The notes beneath the pieces were generated by a model that saw nothing but the letters and a program-made list of their open reading frames with translations, did no database searches and had not been told where the DNA came from. From contig MHUZ01000034.1 in NCBI GenBank assembly GCA_001823605.1, positions 38,589-102,588 on the forward strand: DNA of 64,000 nucleotides. The letters are read 5' to 3'. Numbering within the stretch: position 1 is the first letter of the stretch; each line of letters opens with the position of its first letter. The DNA is from Candidatus Yonathbacteria bacterium RIFOXYD1_FULL_52_36 (lineage in GTDB: Bacteria > Patescibacteriota > Minisyncoccia > Phycocordibacterales > UBA1539_B). Positions 10,183 through 19,657 of the stretch are shown piece by piece. Made by a program: the position numbers and the translations under genes.

Positions 10183-10411
10183 AAAAGATTAACTATAGTG
10201 AGGACATCCTATGGGATGCCTTCTTAGGGTGTGCGATATCGCGCAATTTTCCGGCTCTCCCCGTGTCTAACAGGATGAATCGGAACTATGCGGATCACAC
10301 TGATGCTCTTACAAGCACCACGCGATGCTACCAGAAATAGGTGCTTACGTCAATCACGCCCTGGCCGATGGTCCGTGGTGAACACCCGGCCAGGACGCGA
10401 TTGCTTTTGAA

Positions 10412-10951
10412 TTACGCCTTTTTGAACGGAACACCGATTCCGTCAAAGAACGCAACTGCTTCAGGTTTTGTCTTTGCGGTCGTAACGATCGTCACCGCGA
10501 AACCGAATACATCGCGAAGATCTTCGTCGGCAGTTTCAGGGAAGATTGTGTTCTCCTTGATGCCCAGGGTGAGGTTCCCCATCGCATCGATCGCCTTACG
10601 ATCAAATCCGCGAAAGTCGCGCATACGAGGAACGGCAACGTTGATAAACTTCTCGAGGAATCCCCACATCCGCTCGCCGCGAAGCGTTACCGCAACACCA
10701 ACATTCTCTCCTTCGCGGAGCTTGAATGAGGCGATCGATTTTTTTGCCGCACGAGGAGTCGGGCGCTGGCCGGTAATCTTAGCAAGACGGCTGGACACGA
10801 GCTCAAGTCGGCCCTTGCGGTCAGCGGTCTTTCCGGTACCCACGCTTACCACGACCTTCGTGATGTGCGGAGCAGCCATGATATTTTTCCAGCCAAAATC
10901 TCCCTTGAGTGCCTGGTAAGTTTCCTTTTCTTTTTCCTTGATCGTTTTCAT
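10412..10951 (-). CDS. rplE: 50S ribosomal protein L5
   Basis: L5 signature (ITKVVVSVGTG...LRGERMWGFLEKFIN). Start at MKTIKEKE. Confidence 0.9.
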   Translation of the reverse strand: MKTIKEKEKETYQALKGDFGWKNIMAAPHITKVVVSVGTGKTADRKGRLELVSSRLAKITGQRPTPRAAKKSIASFKLREGENVGVAVTLRGERMWGFLEKFINVAVPRMRDFRGFDRKAIDAMGNLTLGIKENTIFPETADEDLRDVFGFAVTIVTTAKTKPEAVAFFDGIGVPFKKA

Positions 10952-10988
10952 AAAATAGTCAGTGGTTCGTAGTCTGTGAGTTGCGACC

Positions 10989-11300
10989 TTATATCTCCGT
11001 ACCGCTCTTCTTGGCGATGCGCACGCGCTTCTCACCGACAACCTTCTTGCCAATACGTGACGGCTTGCCCGTCTTCGGATCAGCGATCATAACGTTTGAA
11101 ACGTGCATCGGTGCCGCAAACTCGACCGTCTGCCCTTTGGTACCGGCACGACGTGCCTTTACATGACGCTTGCGCATATTCATACCCTCAACAACCACGC
11201 GCGATTCACGCGGCATCGCTTCCGCGACCTTTCCTTTCTTCCCCTTCTCTTTTCCCGCGATAATGACCACGGTGTCTCCTTTTTTGATATTCATAGGCAT
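10989..11300 (-). CDS. rplX: 50S ribosomal protein L24
   Basis: KOW motif IKKGDTVVIIAGKEKGKKGKV. Confidence 0.9.
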   Translation of the reverse strand: MPMNIKKGDTVVIIAGKEKGKKGKVAEAMPRESRVVVEGMNMRKRHVKARRAGTKGQTVEFAAPMHVSNVMIADPKTGKPSRIGKKVVGEKRVRIAKKSGTEI

Positions 11301-11671
11301 TACACTACTTCAGGGGCAAGTGAGATAATCTTCTGATAGCCAAGCTCGGCGAGCTCGCGCGGAATCGGACCGAATACACGACCACCCTTCGGATCCTGCT
11401 TGTCTTTCTCGAGAATGATGACCGCATTGTCGTCAAAGCGGATCATACTGCCGTCTCGGCGGCGGAACGGCTTGCGCTGGCGCACCACAACTGCCTGGAG
11501 GACGTCTTTTTTCTTTACGCCCTTGCGTGGCTCAGCAACTTGTACCGAGAGGATCACCAGATCTCCGATCTCAGCGTAGCGTTTCTTGCTTGAACCGAGC
11601 ACTTTGAAGACGCGGCCGATCTTGCCGCCGCAGTTATCCGTTATTTTTACAATGGAACGAGGTTGGATCAT
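11300..11671 (-). CDS. rplN: 50S ribosomal protein L14
   Basis: MIQPRSIVKITDNCGGK N-terminus. Confidence 0.9.
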   Translation of the reverse strand: MIQPRSIVKITDNCGGKIGRVFKVLGSSKKRYAEIGDLVILSVQVAEPRKGVKKKDVLQAVVVRQRKPFRRRDGSMIRFDDNAVIILEKDKQDPKGGRVFGPIPRELAELGYQKIISLAPEVV

Positions 11672-11680
11672 ATATCAAAA

Positions 11681-11932
11681 TTATGCCTTTGAAATCACTT
11701 GGAAGTGTTTATCCTTTGAGATCGGCGGAACTTCCTGGATGAACACGATATCGCCTACATGGTAGGTGTTTGTCTCATCATGGGCCTTGTAGCGCTTGCT
11801 CCGCGTGATGTACTTCTTGTACTTCGGATGCTTCACGTACCGGTTCACACGAACAACAACCGTCTTTTCCATTTTGTCGGAAACCACAGTGCCCTTGAGT
11901 GTCTTTGGTGTTTTTTTCTCTGGTGTTGTCAT
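11681..11932 (-). CDS. rpsQ: 30S ribosomal protein S17
   Basis: [31 protein letters not shown]. Confidence 0.9.
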   Translation of the reverse strand: MTTPEKKTPKTLKGTVVSDKMEKTVVVRVNRYVKHPKYKKYITRSKRYKAHDETNTYHVGDIVFIQEVPPISKDKHFQVISKA

Positions 11933-11941
11933 GGCGGTTGT

Positions 11942-12136
11942 TTAATTCGTTTCGTTGCGGCGAGATGAGAGCTCGGTCATGATCCGGGCGATCTGCTTGC
12001 GGATATTGCGGCCCTCCTTCACGTCTTTGACTTTACCGCCCGCAACCGAAATACGGAAATCAAAGAGACTCTTGCGTGATTCAGCAAGTTCCTTGTGGAG
12101 ATCCTTAATATCTTTTTCTTTATAGTTCGATTGCAT
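11942..12136 (-). CDS. rpmC: 50S ribosomal protein L29
   Basis: 64-aa helical protein in the conserved slot between rplP and rpsQ. Confidence 0.8.
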   Translation of the reverse strand: MQSNYKEKDIKDLHKELAESRKSLFDFRISVAGGKVKDVKEGRNIRKQIARIMTELSSRRNETN

Positions 12137-12173
12137 GGTGGTGTAATACTACGTATATTTACTCGTCCGTCAA

Positions 12174-12599
12174 CTATGCTACATCCCGACCGACCACTTT
12201 GGTCTTGAGCGGGAGCTTCGAACCCGCCTTGCGGAGCGCCTCGCGCGCTACCTCAGGAGTCACACCGTCCACCTCAAACAGCATGCGACCGGGGCGAACC
12301 TGAAATTCGTATCCTTGCGGATCTCCTTTTCCCTTACCCATGCCCACTTCAGCCGGCTTTGCGGTGTAAGGGCGGTCAGGGAAGATGCGGATCCAGAGCT
12401 TGCCGGTCTTGCCAATCGTGCGTGACACAACCTTACGTGCGGCTTCGATCTGGTTTGATCGAACGCGTGCCGGAGTTTCAGCCTTGAGGCCGAATGAGCC
12501 GAATGAAAGCGCAATGCCGCGCGTCTCGCTAAGCGGACGCTTCGGGTTGCGGCGCATGGTGTGCCATTTTCTAAATTTTACTTTCTTCGGGAATAACAT
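12174..12599 (-). CDS. rplP: 50S ribosomal protein L16
   Basis: MLFPKKVKFRKWHTMRRN... Confidence 0.9.
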   Translation of the reverse strand: MLFPKKVKFRKWHTMRRNPKRPLSETRGIALSFGSFGLKAETPARVRSNQIEAARKVVSRTIGKTGKLWIRIFPDRPYTAKPAEVGMGKGKGDPQGYEFQVRPGRMLFEVDGVTPEVAREALRKAGSKLPLKTKVVGRDVA

Positions 12600-12608
12600 G
12601 GTGAAATA

Positions 12609-13292
12609 TTATGCTGTTTGATTCTTGGTCTCAACCGGCTGTTCAAACACATCGCCACGATAGATCCACACCTTGATGCCGACCACGCCGTAGGTCATGT
12701 ATGCCTTCTCGCGTGCGAAATCAATGTCTGAACGGAATGTCTGGAGCGGAATTCCACCGCGCTTGAGTTCCTCGGTGCGGCTCATGTCGGCACCGCCCAA
12801 ACGGCCAGAGAGTGCGAGCTTTGCACCTTTAACGTCGCGGTTCGCCATTACCTTCTCCATGGTCTGCTTAAGCACCATACGGAACGGCAAGCGCTTCTCG
12901 AGGCCTTCAGCGATCATCGCACCAACGATCGCTGCGTTTGACTCAGGAGACTTGATCTCCTCGATGTCGAGACGAAATTCTTTGGGGAACTCGATCTTCT
13001 GGCGCTGCGCAAATTTCATGATGTCTGCGCGGAGCTTCACAGAACCCTCTCCGCTGCGGCCAATGAGCATACCCGGGCGCGAGGTGCGAATGATAAGGCG
13101 GAACATTTTTTCATTGCGCTCGATCTCAACACCGCCAACATAGTTTCCACGAAGGCGCTTGGTGAGATACTCACGAAGGAGGATATCGCCACGAAGTGCG
13201 CCCTTGTAGCGTCCCGGCACGCCGAACCAGCGAGACTTCCAGTCCTTGATGATGCCGAGGCGGTGTGCGTAGGGATGTACAATATGTGTCAT
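12609..13292 (-). CDS. rpsC: 30S ribosomal protein S3
   Basis: KH domain plus S3 C-domain (GIKVWIYRGDVF). Confidence 0.9.
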   Translation of the reverse strand: MTHIVHPYAHRLGIIKDWKSRWFGVPGRYKGALRGDILLREYLTKRLRGNYVGGVEIERNEKMFRLIIRTSRPGMLIGRSGEGSVKLRADIMKFAQRQKIEFPKEFRLDIEEIKSPESNAAIVGAMIAEGLEKRLPFRMVLKQTMEKVMANRDVKGAKLALSGRLGGADMSRTEELKRGGIPLQTFRSDIDFAREKAYMTYGVVGIKVWIYRGDVFEQPVETKNQTA

Positions 13293-13318
13293 AAGCGTCT
13301 AGTCTAAATAGTGTCTCG

Positions 13319-13765
13319 TTATGCTTTCTTAACGGTTTTCTTTACAGGCTTCTTTGCTTCTACTTTTTTTGCCGGTGCTTTCTCTGTGCTTTTCTTGGGA
13401 GCAACGGCTTTTGCTTCCTTGCTGACAAGTTGTGCACCGCTCTTTGAAACGAGCTCTACGACAACATTACTCGCCTTTTTGCGAATAACCGATGAACTGC
13501 CGCGTGCTTTCGGCAAGCTGCGCTTAAGCAACATACCCTTGTCTACACGCATGCTCTTGATCGTCAAATCCTCGTCGGTAGCACCAAAATTGTGGCGTGC
13601 ATTCGCTGCTGCTGATTCAATGAGCTTCTTCATAGGAAGCGCGGCGCGCTTGGTGAGCGCATTAAGCTCATTTAAAGCCTGGGGTACGGTCTTTCCCTGT
13701 ACCATGCGGGCGACAAGGCGTACTTTGCGCGGAGACTGACGATAATTTGAGAGGATCGCTTTCAT
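13319..13765 (-). CDS. rplV: 50S ribosomal protein L22 with Lys/Ala-rich C-terminal extension
   Basis: SPRKVRLVARMVQGKTVPQALNELN... followed by a KKxxKK tail. Confidence 0.9.
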   Translation of the reverse strand: MKAILSNYRQSPRKVRLVARMVQGKTVPQALNELNALTKRAALPMKKLIESAAANARHNFGATDEDLTIKSMRVDKGMLLKRSLPKARGSSSVIRKKASNVVVELVSKSGAQLVSKEAKAVAPKKSTEKAPAKKVEAKKPVKKTVKKA

Positions 13766-13770
13766 AAAAA

Positions 13771-14118
13771 TTATTTCTTCTTCGTGTCAGTTGCGGCAGT
13801 TTTTGCTGCTTTAGCGGCGGTGATCTCGGCCTCTTTCTTCTTCTGCTCGAGTTCCTTCTGCATTTTACCGCCGTGACGAACGAATTTCTTGGTCGGTGAA
13901 AACTCGCCCAAACGGTGCCCGACCATGTCCTCGGTCACCAAAACCTCGATATGATCCTTGCCGTTGTGGACACCAAAGGTAAATCCGACCATTTCAGGTG
14001 CGATCTGGCTTGCACGTGCCCACGTCTTAATAACGCCGCTGGTGCTGGCTTTTTTACCGTCTATTTTCTTAATAAGTTTCGGGTCAATGTAAGGACCCTT
14101 GTGTAGTGATCGTGTCAT
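13771..14118 (-). CDS. rpsS: 30S ribosomal protein S19 with C-terminal extension
   Basis: [12 protein letters not shown]...[17 protein letters not shown]. Confidence 0.9.
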   Translation of the reverse strand: MTRSLHKGPYIDPKLIKKIDGKKASTSGVIKTWARASQIAPEMVGFTFGVHNGKDHIEVLVTEDMVGHRLGEFSPTKKFVRHGGKMQKELEQKKKEAEITAAKAAKTAATDTKKK

Positions 14119-14280
14119 AGGAAATTTGCGCCTCGGCCCCGGGAAAATGTACCCGATGGGTCAAATGGGCACAAAAAGAAAAACGAGCCCGGAAAGAGCT
14201 TCAGGTCATATTAGCAGAAACGAAGAGAATGTCAACCGCGTAAGGTTTCTCTGGTGACGATCTGTGGCACGTGAGTTACA

Positions 14281-14318
14281 CCAGAAAACGGCTCACCCAG
14301 GGGTGAGCCGTTTTCTGG
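14281..14318. repeat. AACGGCTCA-family palindromic terminator (copy a), 17-bp stem: CCAGAAAACGGCTCACC-CAGG-GGTGAGCCGTTTTCTGG
   Basis: Read directly from the sequence. Lies 3' of the 794-aa gene and upstream of rpsS. Confidence 0.85.
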
Positions 14319-14374
14319 GCCGTTTCGAGCCTTCTCTCTCGACATGTAGGCCGGGAGCCTTACGGCTTCTACCC

Positions 14375-16759
14375 CTACCGCGGCCTGATCGCGCCAATAT
14401 TAAATTCGCTCGTGTCGGTTGCACTGATACAGCCAGGGTCGGCATCGGCTGGGGTGCCCGCACCGTTAAAATCAGTGTAGCCGTCACTATCGTTGTCGAT
14501 ACCATCACTACAAACTACGTCAGTGAATTGCGTCGAGGAGTCATTTTCGTCATCATCGCTGGAGTCCACACAGCCGGGATCAACCAAAGAGGCGTCGCCG
14601 GTGCCATCATAGTCAATGAATCCGTCGCCGTCATTGTCAGTGTTGTCTACGCACTGCACAGCCACGCAGTACTCCCCATCCCAAACATTACTGCTCCCAC
14701 ACATGGCGGCGGGATAGATCTCAAGGAGCACATCAGTACCATTGCGTGCTTGGATCGTATTCTCCCCGTAGACGATCTCTTTAATTTGCCCAACAGAAGA
14801 CCCTGTCACATACAGTTCTCCTGTTGTTTGGTTGTAGAAGTTCGGAGAAAGCGCGTCGGTAACAGTTCCCACAACGTACGACCAGCACGTACTCATTCCA
14901 CGCGCGATAGTGCAATCGTACGCAGAAAGCGTTGCACTGGGCACAATGGGTGTAGTCGATTCGGTCACGACCACGTCTACCCAGGGGCTGCAGTTGTCAT
15001 TTTCGCTTGTTTCCGGGATGCTGTTGGAACTATCGGCACACGCGCGCATGGAGTAGGTGCCTGCAGTCGGGAATATGTATGAAATACTGCTCACCGCACT
15101 GGTACCACTTGCAAGCGCTGCCCTAGATATCAAGAACTCCTGGATCGTACCCAAACCGTCACTCTGGCTTGCCAGCTCAATCTTGTTCACGAAAGAATTA
15201 CCTGTCGATGCGGCTCCCTCGTTCGTGATGGTCGCAGAGAATGCCGTTGTCTTGCCGGCGAACGCAGTAGTTGGAGCTACTGAAGAAGCCTTGAGGTTGG
15301 ACATGGAGACCGTGACATTTCCCCATGTACTACAATTATTTGATTCATCGGACTCGGCAATGACTCCTCCGTCCGTGCTTGATGACTTGTCAGCACACGC
15401 GCGCATGGAATAGGTGCCTGCTGTCGGGAATGTGTATGCTTTATCTTTTGGGGAAACCGACCCCACATTACTGAGTACGGGGTGCGTCGATGCAGAAAGG
15501 TCTGTGATTCCTCCGTTGCCATCTGCAAGACTTGCCACCTGGAAAAAATACGGGAAGCTTGTGTCGGTGCTTGCGGTACCGTTGTTGTAGATAATTGCTG
15601 AGAATGTCGTGGAGACGCCCGCAATAACGTTTGTGGGCATGGAATACATATTCGCAGTAAGGTCAGGGATACCCAGCCCGCCCGTGACTGTGACCGTGTC
15701 TGATGCGGTTAAGACCGTACCGTCTGTTGCAATACACTGAACAGTAAATACCGTCTTGTCATAAAGAGGAGTCACGGTTGTGTCGAATCCTGCAGTTGCG
15801 TTGCCGGTTTGAAAACCAGAGTCTGCGCCAGAGATCACACTGCACGATGTCGTGTCTCCAGAATCCCAACCCACACTAATGACGTCACCCTTGGAAACAG
15901 TCTTGTACACTGGACCATACGTGAACGCAGTAACATCAACGAACCTCACTTCCGGAGAGACGTACGGGGGCGGAGCCTCACGCTTTTGAATCCTACCTAC
16001 ATCAAAGTTGTTGTCTGCTCCTCCTACAATATACACATTACCTAGGTCATCTGGCTCCATAGAGTATGGTCCATACCAAAGTTGTGCCGCCTCTCCTTGT
16101 ACGGTGTATGGTCCGTAAGTATATTTCGTCATCCATTCCCCTTTGGGAATAGAGTATATTACCCTATTAACAACTCCTTCAGTTGCAGCCTCAATTTGAA
16201 GGTAACTAGGCCAGCTCGAGTTAAAACCTGTATACGTACTGTTCTGCTCAAGAGACAAACTAGTGCGTGAATAGTTGTCATAGACATTACGCATCTTGGT
16301 ATTGTTATCTCCAGCTAAATCATTTACGTCGAAATCTGGACTGGGATCAACATAAACGGAGACAAGACCAAGGTCACTTTTCCTCCTAATCTCCCACGAA
16401 CCTCCCCACATAGATATTTTTATATTATCACTACCATCAAAAGACACATACCTAACTCCATAGGGAGCTACACTTGTTACCTTTGAAAGCAGTGCTCCAC
16501 TACTAGGTGACCACTTTTGAACCAGAGGGGTTGTTACTGTGTAAAAAAAGTAACCGTATCTATTTCTTCCTGTATATACACCAGTTGCATCTGCAGCAGC
16601 GTCAGAAAAATTATCCCCCGCTGAGTCGATTGACCAAATTAAGTCCCCAAAGGCTGCCGATGCCTGCGTGTACCCCGTAAAAAATATCCCTGCGGCAAGC
16701 AGTATGCTTCCTACTGCTGAAAAAATCTGCTTCTGTAGGTAAGTAGTGTTCATGGTCAT
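14375..16759 (-). CDS. large secreted surface protein with beta-propeller-like repeats, two CARDB-like domains, MopE/TSP3-like Ca or metal-binding repeats (CxDGxDNDxDG...DPGC) and a conserved C-terminal tail ...DPGCISATDTSEFNIGAIRPR
   Basis: N-terminal signal peptide (MTMNTTYLQKQIFSAVGSILLAAGIFFTGYTQASA). CARDB-like YTFPTAGTYSMRACAD...NNC modules occur twice. The acidic DNDGDG repeats and C-terminal tail are shared with the 56731-60204 protein. Confidence 0.75.
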   Translation of the reverse strand: MTMNTTYLQKQIFSAVGSILLAAGIFFTGYTQASAAFGDLIWSIDSAGDNFSDAAADATGVYTGRNRYGYFFYTVTTPLVQKWSPSSGALLSKVTSVAPYGVRYVSFDGSDNIKISMWGGSWEIRRKSDLGLVSVYVDPSPDFDVNDLAGDNNTKMRNVYDNYSRTSLSLEQNSTYTGFNSSWPSYLQIEAATEGVVNRVIYSIPKGEWMTKYTYGPYTVQGEAAQLWYGPYSMEPDDLGNVYIVGGADNNFDVGRIQKREAPPPYVSPEVRFVDVTAFTYGPVYKTVSKGDVISVGWDSGDTTSCSVISGADSGFQTGNATAGFDTTVTPLYDKTVFTVQCIATDGTVLTASDTVTVTGGLGIPDLTANMYSMPTNVIAGVSTTFSAIIYNNGTASTDTSFPYFFQVASLADGNGGITDLSASTHPVLSNVGSVSPKDKAYTFPTAGTYSMRACADKSSSTDGGVIAESDESNNCSTWGNVTVSMSNLKASSVAPTTAFAGKTTAFSATITNEGAASTGNSFVNKIELASQSDGLGTIQEFLISRAALASGTSAVSSISYIFPTAGTYSMRACADSSNSIPETSENDNCSPWVDVVVTESTTPIVPSATLSAYDCTIARGMSTCWSYVVGTVTDALSPNFYNQTTGELYVTGSSVGQIKEIVYGENTIQARNGTDVLLEIYPAAMCGSSNVWDGEYCVAVQCVDNTDNDGDGFIDYDGTGDASLVDPGCVDSSDDDENDSSTQFTDVVCSDGIDNDSDGYTDFNGAGTPADADPGCISATDTSEFNIGAIRPR

Positions 16760-17511
16760 TAGGGCATTAGGTAAATCTTCGTTGCGTTGAACCTGTTGAT
16801 CGAGTACACATTCCCCTCACCCCAAGCGGTCACCTGCGCTCCCGCCACAATGTCGCTCATTGTTTTTCCTTCCAAAAACTCCGTGGTCGGGGTAATGGTG
16901 ATCGTGTATCGCTTCGTGACATACGGGACAGTGAACGAGCCACTTGATGTATCGAGACTATCCAGCTTTTCTTCATCGGCAACTTCTGTCTCGATAGTCA
17001 ATGTCTTTCCTCTAACACTGAGTACCTTCCCCGCGATCATGTCGCGTTGTGTAACCTCGTTGATGACTTGTGTTTTGAGATCAAAACGCTCCACGGACAG
17101 CGCCGTGGGGTGATCGGTCTCGTAAATACTTGCGGATAGCACGGTTTTAACGATCAAGCCCGTGGTAATCTCATTCTTCATGAAACCAACGTATGATGTC
17201 TCGGGACTGAGGTTGATAGTGATCTCACGGTCAGAAAACTGAAGTGGTGTCCTTTTTCGCACAGACTCCTCAACAGTATCGACGTCCCCAACTTGAGTTT
17301 TTATGGTGATCGTCGTATCGGTAATCGCCACGACCGTGCCTTCGATATGTGTGCCGCTTGCAATGAGCTCCTGACGAACCTGTGCGGTCAATTCTTCAAC
17401 ACCCATGCCTTGGGGTTCTGGAGTGCGCATGAGGATAAATGCGACGGCCACAACGAGAACCATGAGCCCTACAATGAATACACCCGGCCGTTCTTTTATT
17501 TTTTGAAACAT
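16759..17511 (-). CDS. N-terminally membrane-anchored hypothetical protein, translationally coupled (ATGA overlap) to the downstream surface-protein gene
   Basis: Start at MFQKIKERPGVFIVGLMVLVVAVAFIL (one TM helix), followed by a Thr/Val-rich extracytoplasmic region. Confidence 0.6.
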   Translation of the reverse strand: MFQKIKERPGVFIVGLMVLVVAVAFILMRTPEPQGMGVEELTAQVRQELIASGTHIEGTVVAITDTTITIKTQVGDVDTVEESVRKRTPLQFSDREITINLSPETSYVGFMKNEITTGLIVKTVLSASIYETDHPTALSVERFDLKTQVINEVTQRDMIAGKVLSVRGKTLTIETEVADEEKLDSLDTSSGSFTVPYVTKRYTITITPTTEFLEGKTMSDIVAGAQVTAWGEGNVYSINRFNATKIYLMP

Positions 17512-17582
17512 AGAGAAAGCTGATTTGATTATGTATCTATATAGTACCCCGCGCCAAGAGAAGCGCGGGTGTGGATAACAAA

Positions 17583-17612
17583 AAAAACGGCTCACCTGGG
17601 TGAGCCGTTTTT
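17583..17612. repeat. AACGGCTCA-family palindromic terminator (copy b) immediately 3' of rplB
   Basis: AAAAAAAACGGCTCACC-TG-GGTGAGCCGTTTTTTT. Confidence 0.85.
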
Positions 17613-17619
17613 TTGAAAA

Positions 17620-18492
17620 TTAATCGGTGCCTTTTGAGCGCTTGCCGCGCTTTTTGCGGCGAGAAACGATGAGGAGATTTGAATACTTCTTGGGCTTGCG
17701 TGTCTTTACGCCGCCAGTCTTCTTTCCCCATGCAGTCTTAGGATATTTTGTACCACGCGGCTGGCTTCCTTCACCTCCACCGTACGGGTGGTCAACAGGG
17801 TTCATGGCTGTACCACGAACTGTCGGGCGGATACCGAGCCAACGTGAGCGTCCTGCCTTGCCGATCGTGCGAAGTTTGAATTCTTCGTTCGAAACCTCAC
17901 CGATCGATGCCCATGCGGCATCAGGAATGCGGCGCACTTCTGTTGAGGGGAGTTTTACGTGGGTGTAGCCGGCGTCATGTGCAATCACTTCAGCATAGTT
18001 TCCTGCCGAGCGAACGAGACGCGCACCGCCGTTCGGGTGAATTTCAAGATTGTACACGAATGTCCCGACCGGAACATTGCGAAGGAGTGTGCGGTTTCCC
18101 GGAGTGAGGGGTGCTTTTTCTGAAACCAAAAATGACGTGCCGACACTGAGGGCCTTCGGCGCGATCACGTAGCGGCGCTCGCCGTCTGCGTAACACACCA
18201 GCGCAATAAAGCTTGAGCGGTTCGGGTCGTACTCAATAGTCTCAACCTTTGCGGGGATATCACGCTTTGCGTAAAGAAAATCGATCTCGCGATAGAGGCG
18301 CTTGTGTCCACCTCCTTTGTGGCGCACCGTAATGCGACCATCGGCGTTGCGTCCCATAAAACGCTTGCGGCCCTTAGTGAGGGACTTTTTCGGCTCTGAT
18401 GCCGTCAAAACTCCGCGGTACGAGACCGTAGTCATGTGGCGGCGCGACGGTGTTGTTGGTCGATAGCTTTTCATACGCTTATGCAAATTCAA
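17620..18492 (-). CDS. rplB: 50S ribosomal protein L2
   Basis: L2 signature (GRNADGRITVRHKGGGHKRLYR...). Confidence 0.9.
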   Translation of the reverse strand: MNLHKRMKSYRPTTPSRRHMTTVSYRGVLTASEPKKSLTKGRKRFMGRNADGRITVRHKGGGHKRLYREIDFLYAKRDIPAKVETIEYDPNRSSFIALVCYADGERRYVIAPKALSVGTSFLVSEKAPLTPGNRTLLRNVPVGTFVYNLEIHPNGGARLVRSAGNYAEVIAHDAGYTHVKLPSTEVRRIPDAAWASIGEVSNEEFKLRTIGKAGRSRWLGIRPTVRGTAMNPVDHPYGGGEGSQPRGTKYPKTAWGKKTGGVKTRKPKKYSNLLIVSRRKKRGKRSKGTD

Positions 18493-18862
18493 TTACATCG
18501 CCTTTTTTGAGCATTACATATGCCTTGTGAATGGCGGCTTTCTTTCCTCTTTTTCCACGCACGACCACATTCTTTGCGGGCGTATGGACCACGTTGACCG
18601 ATACGGGATCGAATCCGTAGATCTCTTTGATGGCACGCTTGATCTCGATCTTGTTGGAACGAGCATCAACCTCAAATGCGTAAGTATTTTTCTCAGCAAG
18701 GAGCGCTGCCTTTTCGGTGATGCGCGGGCGCTTGATCACTGAGTGTGATGAGCGCGAAGAAACTGCGGGAGATCCTCCCTTAGTATTCCCTCCTGTCTTA
18801 GAAGCTACCGCCTTTTTTGCGGAGCCGGACTTTTTTGTTTTAAGAATATCGGTGAATGCCAT
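18479..18862 (-). CDS. rplW: 50S ribosomal protein L23 with N-terminal extension
   Basis: C-terminal half matches L23 (KRPRITEKAALLAEKNTYAFEVDARSNKIEIKRAIKEIYG). Confidence 0.85.
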   Translation of the reverse strand: MAFTDILKTKKSGSAKKAVASKTGGNTKGGSPAVSSRSSHSVIKRPRITEKAALLAEKNTYAFEVDARSNKIEIKRAIKEIYGFDPVSVNVVHTPAKNVVVRGKRGKKAAIHKAYVMLKKGDVIEFA

Positions 18863-18872
18863 GGTAGGTATG

Positions 18873-19619
18873 TTATGCGTTCTTTGTCATACGTGAAGCG
18901 ATCGTCTTTACGCTCTCTTCAGGACCGGCAATAACGAGGTACTTGTGATTCATCACGATGTACGGATTCAAGTCCTTTGCCTGCAATACCTCCATGTTGG
19001 AGAAATTGCGGAAACTTTTCTCTGCAGAAATGTTACGGCCAGGGAGTGCAATGAGTGCGGTGTTGGTCTTCTTGGTTGAAAGCTTCTCAAATCCTTTCAC
19101 GGTCGAGAGTGCTCCCACAACGCCCTTCGCGTCTTTGGTCTTTGGTGCTGAAAAATCGAGAGCGTCCACGAAGAGCACATGTCCCGAGCGAAATTTCTCG
19201 GAGAGCACTGTGTAGAGCGCTTTTGCGCGCATCTTTTTGTTGACCTTCTTCGTGTATGCCTTCTCGTTGCGCGGACCATGAGCGACACCACCGCCACGCC
19301 AGAGCGGTGAGCGGATTGATCCGTGACGAGCACGGCCGGTACCCTTCTGGCGCCATGGCTTTTTACCGCCACCAGCAACATCACTGCGATCTTTGGTGTG
19401 AGCCACCGGTGTACGCATGTTTGAGCGGATCGCCTCGACCACTTGGTGCACGAGGTCGGCATTCCAATTAAGGCCGAATACTTCCTCCGGGAGGTTCATT
19501 TTCCCTGATTCTTTGCCTTTCTGGCTGTATACCGTTGCCTCCATACTCAAAGGAGCCTTGGGCGTCTTTGGTGCGCTTGTTTTTGCTCCCTTATTCTGTT
19601 TTGTTTCTTTTTTAGACAT
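18873..19619 (-). CDS. rplD: 50S ribosomal protein L4 with N-terminal extension
   Basis: GGGKKPWRQKGTGRARHGSIRSPLWRGGGVAHGP. Confidence 0.9.
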   Translation of the reverse strand: MSKKETKQNKGAKTSAPKTPKAPLSMEATVYSQKGKESGKMNLPEEVFGLNWNADLVHQVVEAIRSNMRTPVAHTKDRSDVAGGGKKPWRQKGTGRARHGSIRSPLWRGGGVAHGPRNEKAYTKKVNKKMRAKALYTVLSEKFRSGHVLFVDALDFSAPKTKDAKGVVGALSTVKGFEKLSTKKTNTALIALPGRNISAEKSFRNFSNMEVLQAKDLNPYIVMNHKYLVIAGPEESVKTIASRMTKNA

Positions 19620-19657
19620 GGTGTTGCTTGAGTGTTCTCACGAGACACGTATTCAAA

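Noticed and set aside
14264-15082. 272-aa plus-strand ORF, and several other plus-strand ORFs across 14.3-16.3 kb
   Set aside because: It lies entirely antisense to the 794-aa surface-protein gene. Its composition is Arg/Val/Ala-rich low complexity, typical of a GC-rich antisense frame.
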